Shown here piece after piece: positions 6,983 through 15,325 of a stretch of 32,079 nucleotides of DNA. The position numbers were made by a program, and so were the translations under genes. Origin of the DNA: an uncultured Candidatus Saccharibacteria bacterium. GTDB lineage: Bacteria; Patescibacteriota; Minisyncoccia; Phycocordibacterales; PALSA-1337. Positions within the stretch are counted from its first letter, which is position 1; every line of letters begins with the position of its first letter. The notes under the pieces are model-generated. The model was not told where the DNA came from and did not search any database. It saw only the letters and a program-made list of their open reading frames with translations. The stretch is taken from the NCBI GenBank assembly GCA_964359745.1, contig CAYHTR010000003.1, positions 1-32,079 on the forward strand, written 5' to 3'.

Positions 6983-7597
6983 ATGGATACAAAGTTCCAA
7001 TCATCATTTATTCCTAAAAAACCGCTGGTGCCAACAGGTAGACCCGAAGAGCATCACAGTATTAATTTCTTTTTTCTTATTTGCTTTGTTGTTTTTCTAG
7101 TTGTATTTGCTGGAGCGTTGTATGTTTTTATTGCTACACAAGTGTTAAAAGGAAGTATTGCCCAAAATGAACAAACTTTAGCTGCCGCTCGACAAGCATT
7201 TGACCCTTCGCTTATAGAAACACTTACAAAATTAGATACCAGATTTAACACAGGCAAGACGCTTTTAAATAATCACATATCAGTTTCGCCATTTTTTGGA
7301 ATTTTGGAGGAAATGACTTTGAAAAGCGTACGCTTTCAGAGTTTTGAATATGCGCTCATAAGTAATGATAAAGTAAATGTTACAATGAAAGGGGAAGGTG
7401 AAAGTTTTAGCAGTATTGCTTTGCAGTCAGATGTTTTTGGTAAGAGTAAATTTTTCAAAAATCCAATAATTTCAAATTTGGTGGTTGGGCAGAATGGAAA
7501 TGTGACATTTGATTTTTCCGCTTCAGTTGATCCAGGATTGGTGCTTTATAAAAATAGCATAAAACTAGAAAATAATACTGCATCAACAACACAATGA
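6983..7597 (+). CDS. pilN: PilN-like pilus assembly protein (bitopic)
   Basis: 204 aa. Short cytoplasmic N-terminus (SSFIPKKPL), a single TM helix (FFFLICFVVFLVVFAGALYVFI), then a coiled-coil plus alpha/beta periplasmic-type domain. It is followed by pilO with an ATGA overlap. Confidence 0.6.
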   Translation: MDTKFQSSFIPKKPLVPTGRPEEHHSINFFFLICFVVFLVVFAGALYVFIATQVLKGSIAQNEQTLAAARQAFDPSLIETLTKLDTRFNTGKTLLNNHISVSPFFGILEEMTLKSVRFQSFEYALISNDKVNVTMKGEGESFSSIALQSDVFGKSKFFKNPIISNLVVGQNGNVTFDFSASVDPGLVLYKNSIKLENNTASTTQ

Positions 7598-8124
7598 ACA
7601 AATTTTTAACTCCAATTATTTTAGTGATTGTGGCAGTTGGTCTATTCTTTTTCTATATTGACCCACAATGGCAAAAAATGAAAGTATTACAGGCCACAAA
7701 CGCTGAATATAATAACGCTATAGATCAGTCCAATAAACTTTTGAAAGTTAGAGATAGTTTACTCGCAAGATATAATAGTTTTAGACCAGAAGATTTAACT
7801 AGATTAGAAAAATTACTTCCTAATAACATTGATAATGTTCGACTTATTATTGATATTAATAGTATTACTTCTAAATACGGCGCAAGTATAAAAAATGTGA
7901 AATTAAGCACTCCTAGTGCTGAAGCGGATGTAACTAATAATTCAGGATACAGGACAATGATTTTGAGTTTTGCTGTTAGTTCATCATACGATAATTTTAT
8001 AAATATTATGAGCGATCTTGAGAGGAGCTTGCGTTTGTTGGATATAACCTCCATTTCATTTAAAGCTACTGATACAGAGCCGTACGAATATACTATTAGT
8101 ATTAAAACATATTGGTTACAATAA
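7594..8124 (+). CDS. pilO: PilO-like pilus assembly protein
   Basis: 176 aa. N-terminal TM helix, a coiled-coil, and the LLPNNIDNVRLIIDI segment typical of PilO. Operon position is after pilN. Confidence 0.65.
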   Translation: MNKFLTPIILVIVAVGLFFFYIDPQWQKMKVLQATNAEYNNAIDQSNKLLKVRDSLLARYNSFRPEDLTRLEKLLPNNIDNVRLIIDINSITSKYGASIKNVKLSTPSAEADVTNNSGYRTMILSFAVSSSYDNFINIMSDLERSLRLLDITSISFKATDTEPYEYTISIKTYWLQ

Positions 8125-8125
8125 T

Positions 8126-8452
8126 ATGCAACAATTTTTTCAAAAAAACAAAGTTATGCTACCTGTTATTATCCTAGTAGTTGTGTTAGGAATAATTGGA
8201 TATTTTTATATCTCTTCACGTGGAAATAGCGGTGATTTGTTGGTGCAAGTTGATAAAACTGCTAGTGATCAAGTTGTCGGTAAAGATTTATTAATAGCTC
8301 TTAATCGTTTGAATGCTATAACCCTTGATGATTCTTTGTTTAGAGATGCGGTATTTGCCACTCTTAATGATTTTTCTGTTGAAATTGTGCCTCAAGCTGT
8401 AGGTAGAAATAATCCATTTTCTCCACTTAATGTTGTAATTAAAAAGAAGTAA
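8126..8452 (+). CDS. Small membrane-anchored protein, possibly a PilP analogue
   Basis: 108 aa. It has an N-terminal TM helix and a C-terminal GRNNPFSPL motif reminiscent of the PilP RDPF motif. Its operon position is between pilO and pilB. Confidence 0.4.
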   Translation: MQQFFQKNKVMLPVIILVVVLGIIGYFYISSRGNSGDLLVQVDKTASDQVVGKDLLIALNRLNAITLDDSLFRDAVFATLNDFSVEIVPQAVGRNNPFSPLNVVIKKK

Positions 8453-8461
8453 TTAATCTAT

Positions 8462-10186
8462 ATGAATATTCTAGAGATACTTTCTCAAAAAAAAATTATA
8501 AGAGAGGAAGATGTTGATGTAATTAAAAAACAGGTATCTGTTTCTGGTTCGCCTTTGGAAAAAATTCTACTTGAATATGGAGTTTCGCCGGAAGATATTC
8601 TTTCAGCAAAGGGAGAATTTTTAAATATCCCTACTCGTATTATCGGAGATCAAAACATTCCTTTTAATATCCTTGAATATATCTCTGAGGAATCAGCGAC
8701 TCATTATCTATTCGCGCCAATAGGATTTAAGGACGGAACTCTTGAAGTTGGTTTTGTTGATCCCGATAACATTGAAGCACGCGATGCGCTTAATTTTATC
8801 GCTTCAAAATTAAATTTACCTTTTAAAATTTTTTTAATTTCTAAACAGGACTTTGAAAAAGTTATTGATATGTATAAAGGTCTTTCAGGTGAAGTGACTA
8901 AGGCTCTATCAGAATTGGAAAGCGAACTTTCTGCTGAAGAAATTGATATTTCAAGTGCTGATACAGATGATGTTTCTACCACTAATCATCAAGGCATGCG
9001 AATTATTGAAGATGCGCCTGTTACTAAAATTGTGGCGACTATATTGCGTTATGCTACGGAAGGAAATGCTTCCGATGTTCATATTGAAGCGATGCGTGAT
9101 AAGATTAGAGTGCGTTTTCGTGTTGATGGTATTCTTAATACAAGTTTGATATTACCAATGAAAGTGCATAGTGCCGTTGTGACTCGCATTAAAATTCTTT
9201 CCAATATGAAACTTGATGAAAAACGCAAACCGCAAGACGGTCGTTTTTCGGCGCGAATTGATGGAAAAAAAATTGATTTTCGTGTTTCAACATTTCCTGC
9301 CTATTTTGGTGAAAAAGTTGAAATGCGTATTCTTGACCAAGAAAAAGGAGTTAAAAAGCTCGATGAAATGGGATTGACTCCACAAAATTTAGCGCTTATA
9401 AAACAAGCAATCACAAGACCTTATGGATTAATTCTTATTACTGGGCCGACAGGTTCGGGAAAAAGCACAACTCTATATTCTATGCTTAATGAACTTGATA
9501 AGGAGACTGATAATGTTCTTTCTCTTGAAGATCCAATTGAATATAGCATGGAAGGCGTTAGTCAATCTCAAGTAAGACCAGAAATTGGTTATACATTTGC
9601 TACTGGTCTTCGTACTACATTGCGTCAAGATCCCGATGTTATTATGGTTGGTGAAATTCGTGATAAAGAAACAGCTCAACTTGCAGTTCAAGCGGCCCTT
9701 ACTGGCCATCTTGTTTTTTCAACTCTTCACACCAATAATGCTGCGGGAGTTATTCCTCGTCTAATAGATATGGGTGTTGACCCTTACCTTATCGCACCGA
9801 CTCTTATACTTGCAATCGCTCAAAGATTAGTTAGTTTGCTTTGTCCTGGTTCTGGCGCGGAATTTCCAATTGAAGGTAGTATCAAAGTTATGCTAGATAA
9901 GCAATTTGCCGATTTACCAGAGGCCTTTAAAAAACAAATTCCTCAAGCAAAAAATGTTTATGGTATATCACCTTCAAAAGAATGTCCAAGTGGCACAAGA
10001 GGTCGAACGGCAGTATTTGAAGCTTTCAAAATGGATAAAGATTTGGAGTCGGTCATTTTAAATAAACCTACAGAAGATGAAATTTCAAAGCTTTTGAGAA
10101 GCAAGGGAATGTTTACTATGAAAGAAGATGCTATTTTGAAAGCTTTGAATAAAGAAATACCCTTTGAGGAAGTGAATAAGTTATAG
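8462..10186 (+). CDS. pilB: Type IV pilus assembly (extension) ATPase PilB / GspE family
   Basis: 574 aa. N-terminal GSPII_E_N-like domains, Walker A GPTGSGKST, Asp box, Walker B DPDVIMVGEIRD, His box LTGHLVFSTLHTN, and a C-terminal Cys-containing segment. Confidence 0.9.
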   Translation: MNILEILSQKKIIREEDVDVIKKQVSVSGSPLEKILLEYGVSPEDILSAKGEFLNIPTRIIGDQNIPFNILEYISEESATHYLFAPIGFKDGTLEVGFVDPDNIEARDALNFIASKLNLPFKIFLISKQDFEKVIDMYKGLSGEVTKALSELESELSAEEIDISSADTDDVSTTNHQGMRIIEDAPVTKIVATILRYATEGNASDVHIEAMRDKIRVRFRVDGILNTSLILPMKVHSAVVTRIKILSNMKLDEKRKPQDGRFSARIDGKKIDFRVSTFPAYFGEKVEMRILDQEKGVKKLDEMGLTPQNLALIKQAITRPYGLILITGPTGSGKSTTLYSMLNELDKETDNVLSLEDPIEYSMEGVSQSQVRPEIGYTFATGLRTTLRQDPDVIMVGEIRDKETAQLAVQAALTGHLVFSTLHTNNAAGVIPRLIDMGVDPYLIAPTLILAIAQRLVSLLCPGSGAEFPIEGSIKVMLDKQFADLPEAFKKQIPQAKNVYGISPSKECPSGTRGRTAVFEAFKMDKDLESVILNKPTEDEISKLLRSKGMFTMKEDAILKALNKEIPFEEVNKL

Positions 10187-10201
10187 TATAATAAACTTAA
10201 T

Positions 10202-10591
10202 ATGGATAAAAAATATTCAATACTGATTCTTGATGATGACAAAATGCTTCTTGATATGTATTCAATAAAATTTTCTAAAATTGGATTGTCTGTAAATGCT
10301 ATTCCCAATTCTTTACAAGCCCTTAAACTTCTCCGAGACGGATTATCTCCAGATATAATTATGATAGATATTGTGATGCCGACAATGGACGGTTTGCAAG
10401 TATTAGAAACAATCCGCAAGGAAAAATTAGCGGTCAATTCCACAATAATAATGCTCACGAACCAGAGTCAATCTGCCGATATTGAAAGAGCGAAACTTCT
10501 TGGTGCCGATGGATATATTGTAAAAGCCACAACTATTCCTTCAGAAGTAGTTTCTGAAGTTATGGATATCGCAAAAAAACATGGATTATAA
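10202..10591 (+). CDS. Stand-alone response-regulator receiver domain (CheY/PilH-like)
   Basis: 129 aa. Acidic pocket DDD (ILILDDD), phospho-acceptor Asp in IIMIDIVMP, MLTN, and the conserved Lys in YIVKA. There is no output domain. Confidence 0.85.
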   Translation: MDKKYSILILDDDKMLLDMYSIKFSKIGLSVNAIPNSLQALKLLRDGLSPDIIMIDIVMPTMDGLQVLETIRKEKLAVNSTIIMLTNQSQSADIERAKLLGADGYIVKATTIPSEVVSEVMDIAKKHGL

Positions 10592-11642
10592 AAAAGAATT
10601 AGAAGACCTTATTAATACGGTCATAAAAGAAGATGCCTCCGATTTGCATATATCGGAAGGTCGTTCGCCTTCAATTCGTGTATCTGGTTTTTTGACTCCT
10701 CTGGTAAAAAAACCAGCGGTTACTAAAGATAATATTCACGGATATTTGAAAGAACTTCTGACTGCTGAAAATATGGAGAGATTTTTAGCAACAAAAGAAA
10801 TTGATTTTTCATACGCTTATGTAGACAAGGCTAGATTTAGAGGCAATGGCTATTTTCAACAAGGGGGTGTAAGTATTGCTCTCCGTCTTATTCCCAGAAA
10901 AATAAAAACATTAGCTGAACTAAATCTTCCTAGTGTGCTTGATATGTTTACAAGAAAACAGCAAGGATTTTTTCTTGTGGTGGGTCCTGTTGGTCAAGGA
11001 AAAACCACAACTCTTGCTGCTATGATTGAAATGATAAATATGTCTCGTCCCGAACATATTCTTACTATTGAAGATCCAATTGAATATCAATATGACCCTA
11101 AAAAATCAATTATTGACCAACGAGAAGTGCGAATTGACACTAAAGATTTTAATACAGCTCTTATTAGTATGTTTCGTGAGGACATAGATGTTGTTATGAT
11201 TGGCGAAATGCGAGGAATTGACACCATTGCTACCGCAGTAACTGCCGCCGAAACTGGACATCTTGTTTTTTCAACTCTTCACACCAATAATGCTGCCCAA
11301 ACCATCAATCGTATTATTGATTCTTTTCCGTCAGGACAACAAGATCAAATTCGTGTGCAACTTGCCGGCTCACTTTCTGGAATTTTTTCTCAACGACTTA
11401 TACCAAGAATATCTGGCGGGCTAATTCCATCTTATGAACTTTTGATAAATAACAATGCGGTTGCCAATTTAATTCGTGAAAAAAGAATTTATGAAGTTAG
11501 TAATGTTATAGAAACAAGTTCCGAAGAAGGAATGATAGATATGAATCGTTCACTTGCGGATTTAGTTCGGGCGGGAGAAATTACAGTTGAAAACGCTTAT
11601 CTTAATACGCTTAATCCTAAAACATTGGAAAAATTGATATAA
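10581..11642 (+). CDS. pilT: Twitching-motility (retraction) ATPase PilT
   Basis: 353 aa. DLHISEGRSPSIRV N-terminus, Walker A GPVGQGKTT, Walker B DVVMIGEMR, His box ETGHLVFSTLHTNNA. The size is typical of PilT. Confidence 0.9.
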   Translation: MDYKKELEDLINTVIKEDASDLHISEGRSPSIRVSGFLTPLVKKPAVTKDNIHGYLKELLTAENMERFLATKEIDFSYAYVDKARFRGNGYFQQGGVSIALRLIPRKIKTLAELNLPSVLDMFTRKQQGFFLVVGPVGQGKTTTLAAMIEMINMSRPEHILTIEDPIEYQYDPKKSIIDQREVRIDTKDFNTALISMFREDIDVVMIGEMRGIDTIATAVTAAETGHLVFSTLHTNNAAQTINRIIDSFPSGQQDQIRVQLAGSLSGIFSQRLIPRISGGLIPSYELLINNNAVANLIREKRIYEVSNVIETSSEEGMIDMNRSLADLVRAGEITVENAYLNTLNPKTLEKLI

Positions 11643-11646
11643 AATT

Positions 11647-12852
11647 ATGCTATTTAATTACAAAGCTGTAGACCAAATTGGAGAGCAAAAAGAGGGCAGT
11701 ATAGATGCTATAACTTTAGATGTAGCTATTGCTTCGCTTCAACGACGAGGGTTTATTATTTCTTCAATAAAAGGTGCTGATGATAAGGGAATTTTTAAAA
11801 GAAGTTTTTCTTTTTTTGAACGGGTGTCAAATAAAGATGTGGTTATTCTTTCAAGACAGATGGCGACTCTTTTTGAAGCCCAGGTTTCCGCTCTTCGTGT
11901 TTTTAGATTGCTTTCGGCTGAGACGGAAAATGTTTTACTTGGAAAAACTCTTGAAGAAATTTCAAATGATTTGCAGGGGGGTAGTTCTATTTCAAACGCT
12001 TTAGCTAAACATCCAAAAGTTTTTTCTGATTTTTATGTCAATATGGTTAAATCTGGTGAGGAATCGGGGCGATTAGATGAAACATTTCTCTATTTGGCGG
12101 ATTATCTTGACCGAACATATGAAGTATCCTCAAAGGCCAGAAACGCTCTTATTTATCCGGCATTCGTGGTTTTTACATTCGTTACTGTTATGGTTCTTAT
12201 GCTTACACTTGTTATTCCAAAAATTAGCGGAATTCTTAAAGAATCAGGACAAACTGTTCCTATTTATACCCAAGTAATACTAGGTATTAGTGATTTTTTT
12301 GTGAATTATGGTTTTATTTTAGCGGCGTTATTTGTTGTTGGGGCTTTTTTTCTCTGGAGATTTGTTCAGACGGACGCAGGCAAACTTTCTCTTGATAGAT
12401 TTAAAATTTCTGTGCCGTTTGTAAGCATTTTGTATAGGAAACTTTATTTAGCTCGCTTAGCAGATAATATGAATACAATGCTTATTTCGGGAATTCCAAT
12501 GATTAGAGTGCTTGAGCTCACATCCTCTGTTATAGATAATCAGGTTTATAAAAATATATTGGGAAATGCGCTTGAATTGGTAAAAGGAGGAAGTTCTGTA
12601 TCCGAGGCACTTTCACGAAATGAAGAAATACCAGGTATTATGGTTCAAATGATGAAAATTGGCGAAGAAACAGGAGAATTAGGAAATATTTTAAAAACTT
12701 TAGCCAAGTTTTATACTCGTGAAGTCAATAATGCTGTCGATACTTTAGTTGACCTCATAGAGCCGATAATGTTTTTATTGCTTGGGTTGGTATTTGGTTT
12801 CCTTTTGGCGTCAGTGCTAATTCCAATTTACAATATTTCGGCAGGAATCTAA
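11647..12852 (+). CDS. pilC: Pilus platform protein PilC (GspF family)
   Basis: 401 aa. Two GspF-type repeats (LSRQMATLFEAQVS... and LADNMNTMLISGIPM...) and three TM segments. Confidence 0.9.
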   Translation: MLFNYKAVDQIGEQKEGSIDAITLDVAIASLQRRGFIISSIKGADDKGIFKRSFSFFERVSNKDVVILSRQMATLFEAQVSALRVFRLLSAETENVLLGKTLEEISNDLQGGSSISNALAKHPKVFSDFYVNMVKSGEESGRLDETFLYLADYLDRTYEVSSKARNALIYPAFVVFTFVTVMVLMLTLVIPKISGILKESGQTVPIYTQVILGISDFFVNYGFILAALFVVGAFFLWRFVQTDAGKLSLDRFKISVPFVSILYRKLYLARLADNMNTMLISGIPMIRVLELTSSVIDNQVYKNILGNALELVKGGSSVSEALSRNEEIPGIMVQMMKIGEETGELGNILKTLAKFYTREVNNAVDTLVDLIEPIMFLLLGLVFGFLLASVLIPIYNISAGI

Positions 12853-12854
12853 CA

Positions 12855-12973
12855 CCCCTCTCTGCGATTACGCAGTTGCTCCCCTAGTCAGGGGAGATAA
12901 TTCAACTCAGACGAATGAAAATCTCCCTTGGCAAAGGGAGTACCTCTGTAATCAGAGGGGAGGGATGTTTTTT
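12855..12973 (+). repeat. Cluster of four consecutive polypyrimidine/polypurine hairpins ending in a T-run
   Basis: H1 CTGCG-ATTA-CGCAG (12862-12875). H2 CTCCCCT-AGTC-AGGGGAG (12879-12896). H3 CTCCCTT-GGCA-AAGGGAG (12923-12940). H4 CCTCTG-TAAT-CAGAGG (12943-12958). An alternative long-range pairing is CCCCTCT (12855-12861) with AGAGGGG (12954-12960). TTTTTT follows at 12968-12973. Confidence 0.55.
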
Positions 12974-12983
12974 ATTTATCCAC

Positions 12984-13013
12984 TTGTGTTTGTTATTCCA
13001 TATTTGCTATAAT
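12984..13013 (+). promoter_or_regulatory. Candidate extended -10 promoter for the pilin genes
   Basis: TTGTGT (12984-12989), 18-nt spacer, then TGcTATAAT (TG 13005-13006, TATAAT 13008-13013), 39 nt upstream of the pilin ATG. Confidence 0.3.
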
Positions 13014-13052
13014 TACCCCATTAGAATTTAATATTATTAATTGTTAATTAAA

Positions 13053-13559
13053 ATGAATAAACAAAAAGGTTTTACGCTTATTGAACTCCTTGTCGTTATC
13101 GCTATCATAGGTATTCTGTCATCTATCGTTCTTGCTTCGTTGAGTACGGCGAGAAATAAAGGTCAGGATGCAAAAGTTAAAGGACAACTTTCAAGTATTA
13201 GAAATGCTGCAGAGTCTTATTATAGTGCGAATAATAACTACGGTCCGGTAAATACATCTCTTGTTTGTAGTTACTCAGGATCGGGTACAGATTCACGTAC
13301 TGGTATGTGGAAAGATGTTCCTTCTGGTATGAGTGCTCTTACTACCGATAGTAACTGGCCAGGTACTGTAGCTGTGTTGTGTTTTGATAATAATACTTCT
13401 ACCGCTGCTGCTACTTCGTGGGCAGCTATTCATGTGTTATCTGATGATGCTCCTTCAGGGACACGATCGGCATGGTGTGTAGATAGTAGTGGTGCGGCAG
13501 TGCCAATAGCAGCAGTTACTCCTGGTACTAATACTGCAACAACTAAAGCTTGTAAATAA
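13053..13559 (+). CDS. Type IV pilin (prepilin with class III signal peptide), paralogue 1
   Basis: MNKQKG/FTLIELLVVIAIIGIL has a canonical cleavage and N-methylation site with Glu5. The Cys-containing C-terminal domain carries an AWCVD motif. The track start at 13041 is TTG; ATG 13053 gives a typical 6-aa leader. Confidence 0.85.
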   Translation: MNKQKGFTLIELLVVIAIIGILSSIVLASLSTARNKGQDAKVKGQLSSIRNAAESYYSANNNYGPVNTSLVCSYSGSGTDSRTGMWKDVPSGMSALTTDSNWPGTVAVLCFDNNTSTAAATSWAAIHVLSDDAPSGTRSAWCVDSSGAAVPIAAVTPGTNTATTKACK

Positions 13560-13573
13560 AAATATTATATAGT

Positions 13574-14035
13574 ATGAAAAAAGGATTTACTCTCGTCGAA
13601 CTTCTAGTAGTGATTGCAATAATAGGAATTCTTGCATCTATTGTATTGGGGGCACTTAATTCAGGAAGGCAAAAGGGAAATGATGCTAGAGTAAAAAGCC
13701 AACTTTCTAACATTAGAGCTGCTTCTAATGTATATGTAGACAGAGCTGACACCTATGTTGGACTTTGTGGCGTTGGGTCAGATGACAACTCTAATCTTTA
13801 CCCATTACTTCAGGCATCAAGCACATATCCTGCAAGAACTATATTAGATTGTGGTGCAAATGAAACTGAATATTCAGTAGCCGCTTCACTAAGTGGAACT
13901 ACTGGAACTGCTGCGTGGTGTATTGATGATAAAAATACTTCTCGTGGTACAACAGAAGCTGGCGTTGCTTATACCGCTCTCACTGGCTCCGCTACTGCTG
14001 CGCACACGACTGCTGGTGCGACACAGTGTAACTAA
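13574..14035 (+). CDS. Type IV pilin, paralogue 2
   Basis: MKKG/FTLVELLVVIAIIGILASIVL. C-terminal domain with AWCID and a terminal Cys pair. Confidence 0.85.
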   Translation: MKKGFTLVELLVVIAIIGILASIVLGALNSGRQKGNDARVKSQLSNIRAASNVYVDRADTYVGLCGVGSDDNSNLYPLLQASSTYPARTILDCGANETEYSVAASLSGTTGTAAWCIDDKNTSRGTTEAGVAYTALTGSATAAHTTAGATQCN

Positions 14036-14037
14036 TT

Positions 14038-14484
14038 ATGAAAAAAGGATTTACTCTTATTGAACTCTTAGTAGTGATTGCTATTATTGGTATTTTGAGT
14101 GCCATTGTGCTTGCTTCACTTAATAGTGCTAGAGCAAACTCAAGAGATGGCAAACGACTTTCTGATATTGCTCAGCTTCAGCTTGCTCTTGAATCATATT
14201 TTGATGCGTGTAAGCAGTATCCGCCAGCAAACGGAAGTAATTATCTTGATAGTAATGCAAAAAATAGTCCAGATACATGTCCTTCAGGTGTAGATTTTAG
14301 CACTTTCATTCCTTCTGTTCCTGTATATCCACCACAAGGACAACCATATGTTTATGAGTTGAAAACTGGATCTAAAGATTATTGTTTAGGTGCGACACTT
14401 GAGAATGCAAATAATTCATCAAAATTGACACAGTGTGATTTTACTGCAGGTAATGGTACCAACAATCATCGTGTGAAGCCGTAA
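14038..14484 (+). CDS. Type IV pilin, paralogue 3
   Basis: MKKG/FTLIELLVVIAIIGILSAIVL. The C-terminal domain is divergent (Pro-rich, 4 Cys). Confidence 0.85.
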   Translation: MKKGFTLIELLVVIAIIGILSAIVLASLNSARANSRDGKRLSDIAQLQLALESYFDACKQYPPANGSNYLDSNAKNSPDTCPSGVDFSTFIPSVPVYPPQGQPYVYELKTGSKDYCLGATLENANNSSKLTQCDFTAGNGTNNHRVKP

Positions 14485-14557
14485 AAATCCACCCTGCCCT
14501 CCTTTAAAAAAGGAGGGTCTCCCTTCCTTTGTAAAGGAAGGGTTAGGGGATGGATTT
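14485..14557 (+). repeat. Nested-hairpin element (outer stem enclosing two CT/GA hairpins), family copy A
   Basis: Outer arms AAATCCACCC (14485-14494) and GGGGATGGATTT (14546-14557). Inner H1 CCCTCCTTT-AAA-AAAGGAGGG (14497-14517). Inner H2 CCCTTCCT-TTGTAA-AGGAAGGG (14521-14542). It starts immediately after the pilin-3 stop codon. Confidence 0.6.
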
Positions 14558-14563
14558 AATAAA

Positions 14564-15322
14564 ATGACAATTTTTACTATACTCACTTTTTTTATCCTCG
14601 GCACCATCATCGGTTCTTTTCTTAATGTTGTAATTTTGAGATATAACACAGGAGTTTCAATCACTGGCAGGTCTGGTTGTTTTTCTTGCGGTAAAAAACT
14701 TGAGTGGTATGAGCTTGTTCCTATATTGAGCTTTTTATTTTTGCGAGGTAAATGTTCAAAATGTAAAACAAAAATTTCTTGGCAGTATCCTCTGGTTGAA
14801 TTAGCTACTGGTTTACTTTTCGCTTTTTATATTTTTATTTTCGTACCTAATTTCTCTTTCTACTTCCTAATTCCTACCTCCTACTACCTAGTTATATTTT
14901 CTCTTCTAATTGTCATTACCGTCTATGATCTTCGTCATAAAATTATCCCAGATGGGCTGGTTTTTACTTTCATCGGTTTAGCATTTTTAAAACTTTTTTA
15001 TTATACAAATATTCTTGATATTTTGGCTGGTCCGATTCTTTTTATCCCTTTCTTTTTATTGTGGTATTTATCAAAAGGTAAGTGGATGGGCTTTGGTGAC
15101 GCTAAATTGGCTATAGGTATAGGTTTTTTTATGGGATTTGCTGGAGGAGTTTCCTCGATAATTCTTGGTTTTTGGATTGGTGCTATAGCTGGACTTTTAT
15201 GGATAGGCATTTCTGCTATGTTTGGTAAACATATTGGTATGAAATCGGAAATTCCATTTGCTCCGTATCTTATTTTAGGAATGCTTATCACTTTCTTTTT
15301 TCATATTAATGTTATAATGTAA
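14564..15322 (+). CDS. pilD: Prepilin peptidase / N-methyltransferase PilD (A24 family)
   Basis: 252 aa polytopic protein. Zn-binding CFSCGKK...CSKCKTK, catalytic Asp motifs (VYDLRHKIIPD and GFGDAKL). Confidence 0.9.
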   Translation: MTIFTILTFFILGTIIGSFLNVVILRYNTGVSITGRSGCFSCGKKLEWYELVPILSFLFLRGKCSKCKTKISWQYPLVELATGLLFAFYIFIFVPNFSFYFLIPTSYYLVIFSLLIVITVYDLRHKIIPDGLVFTFIGLAFLKLFYYTNILDILAGPILFIPFFLLWYLSKGKWMGFGDAKLAIGIGFFMGFAGGVSSIILGFWIGAIAGLLWIGISAMFGKHIGMKSEIPFAPYLILGMLITFFFHINVIM

Positions 15323-15325
15323 TAT

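Noticed and set aside
7594-7597. Alternative genetic code (UGA recoding as in some CPR lineages).
   Set aside because: TGA functions as a stop. pilN-like ends in the ATGA overlap with pilO, and the 119-aa gene ends with TGA at 19536-19538. All long ORFs are intact under the standard code.
13053-14484. A diversity-generating retroelement or cassette system acting on the pilins, or a CRISPR array anywhere in the window.
   Set aside because: There is no reverse transcriptase and no template/variable repeat pair beyond the conserved N-terminal helix-coding segment. I saw no regularly spaced direct repeats.
14485-14557. The nested-hairpin elements as MITEs with target-site duplications.
   Set aside because: Terminal inverted arms exist, but I could not identify consistent flanking direct duplications at either copy. 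The MITE reading therefore stays an unproven option rather than a call.
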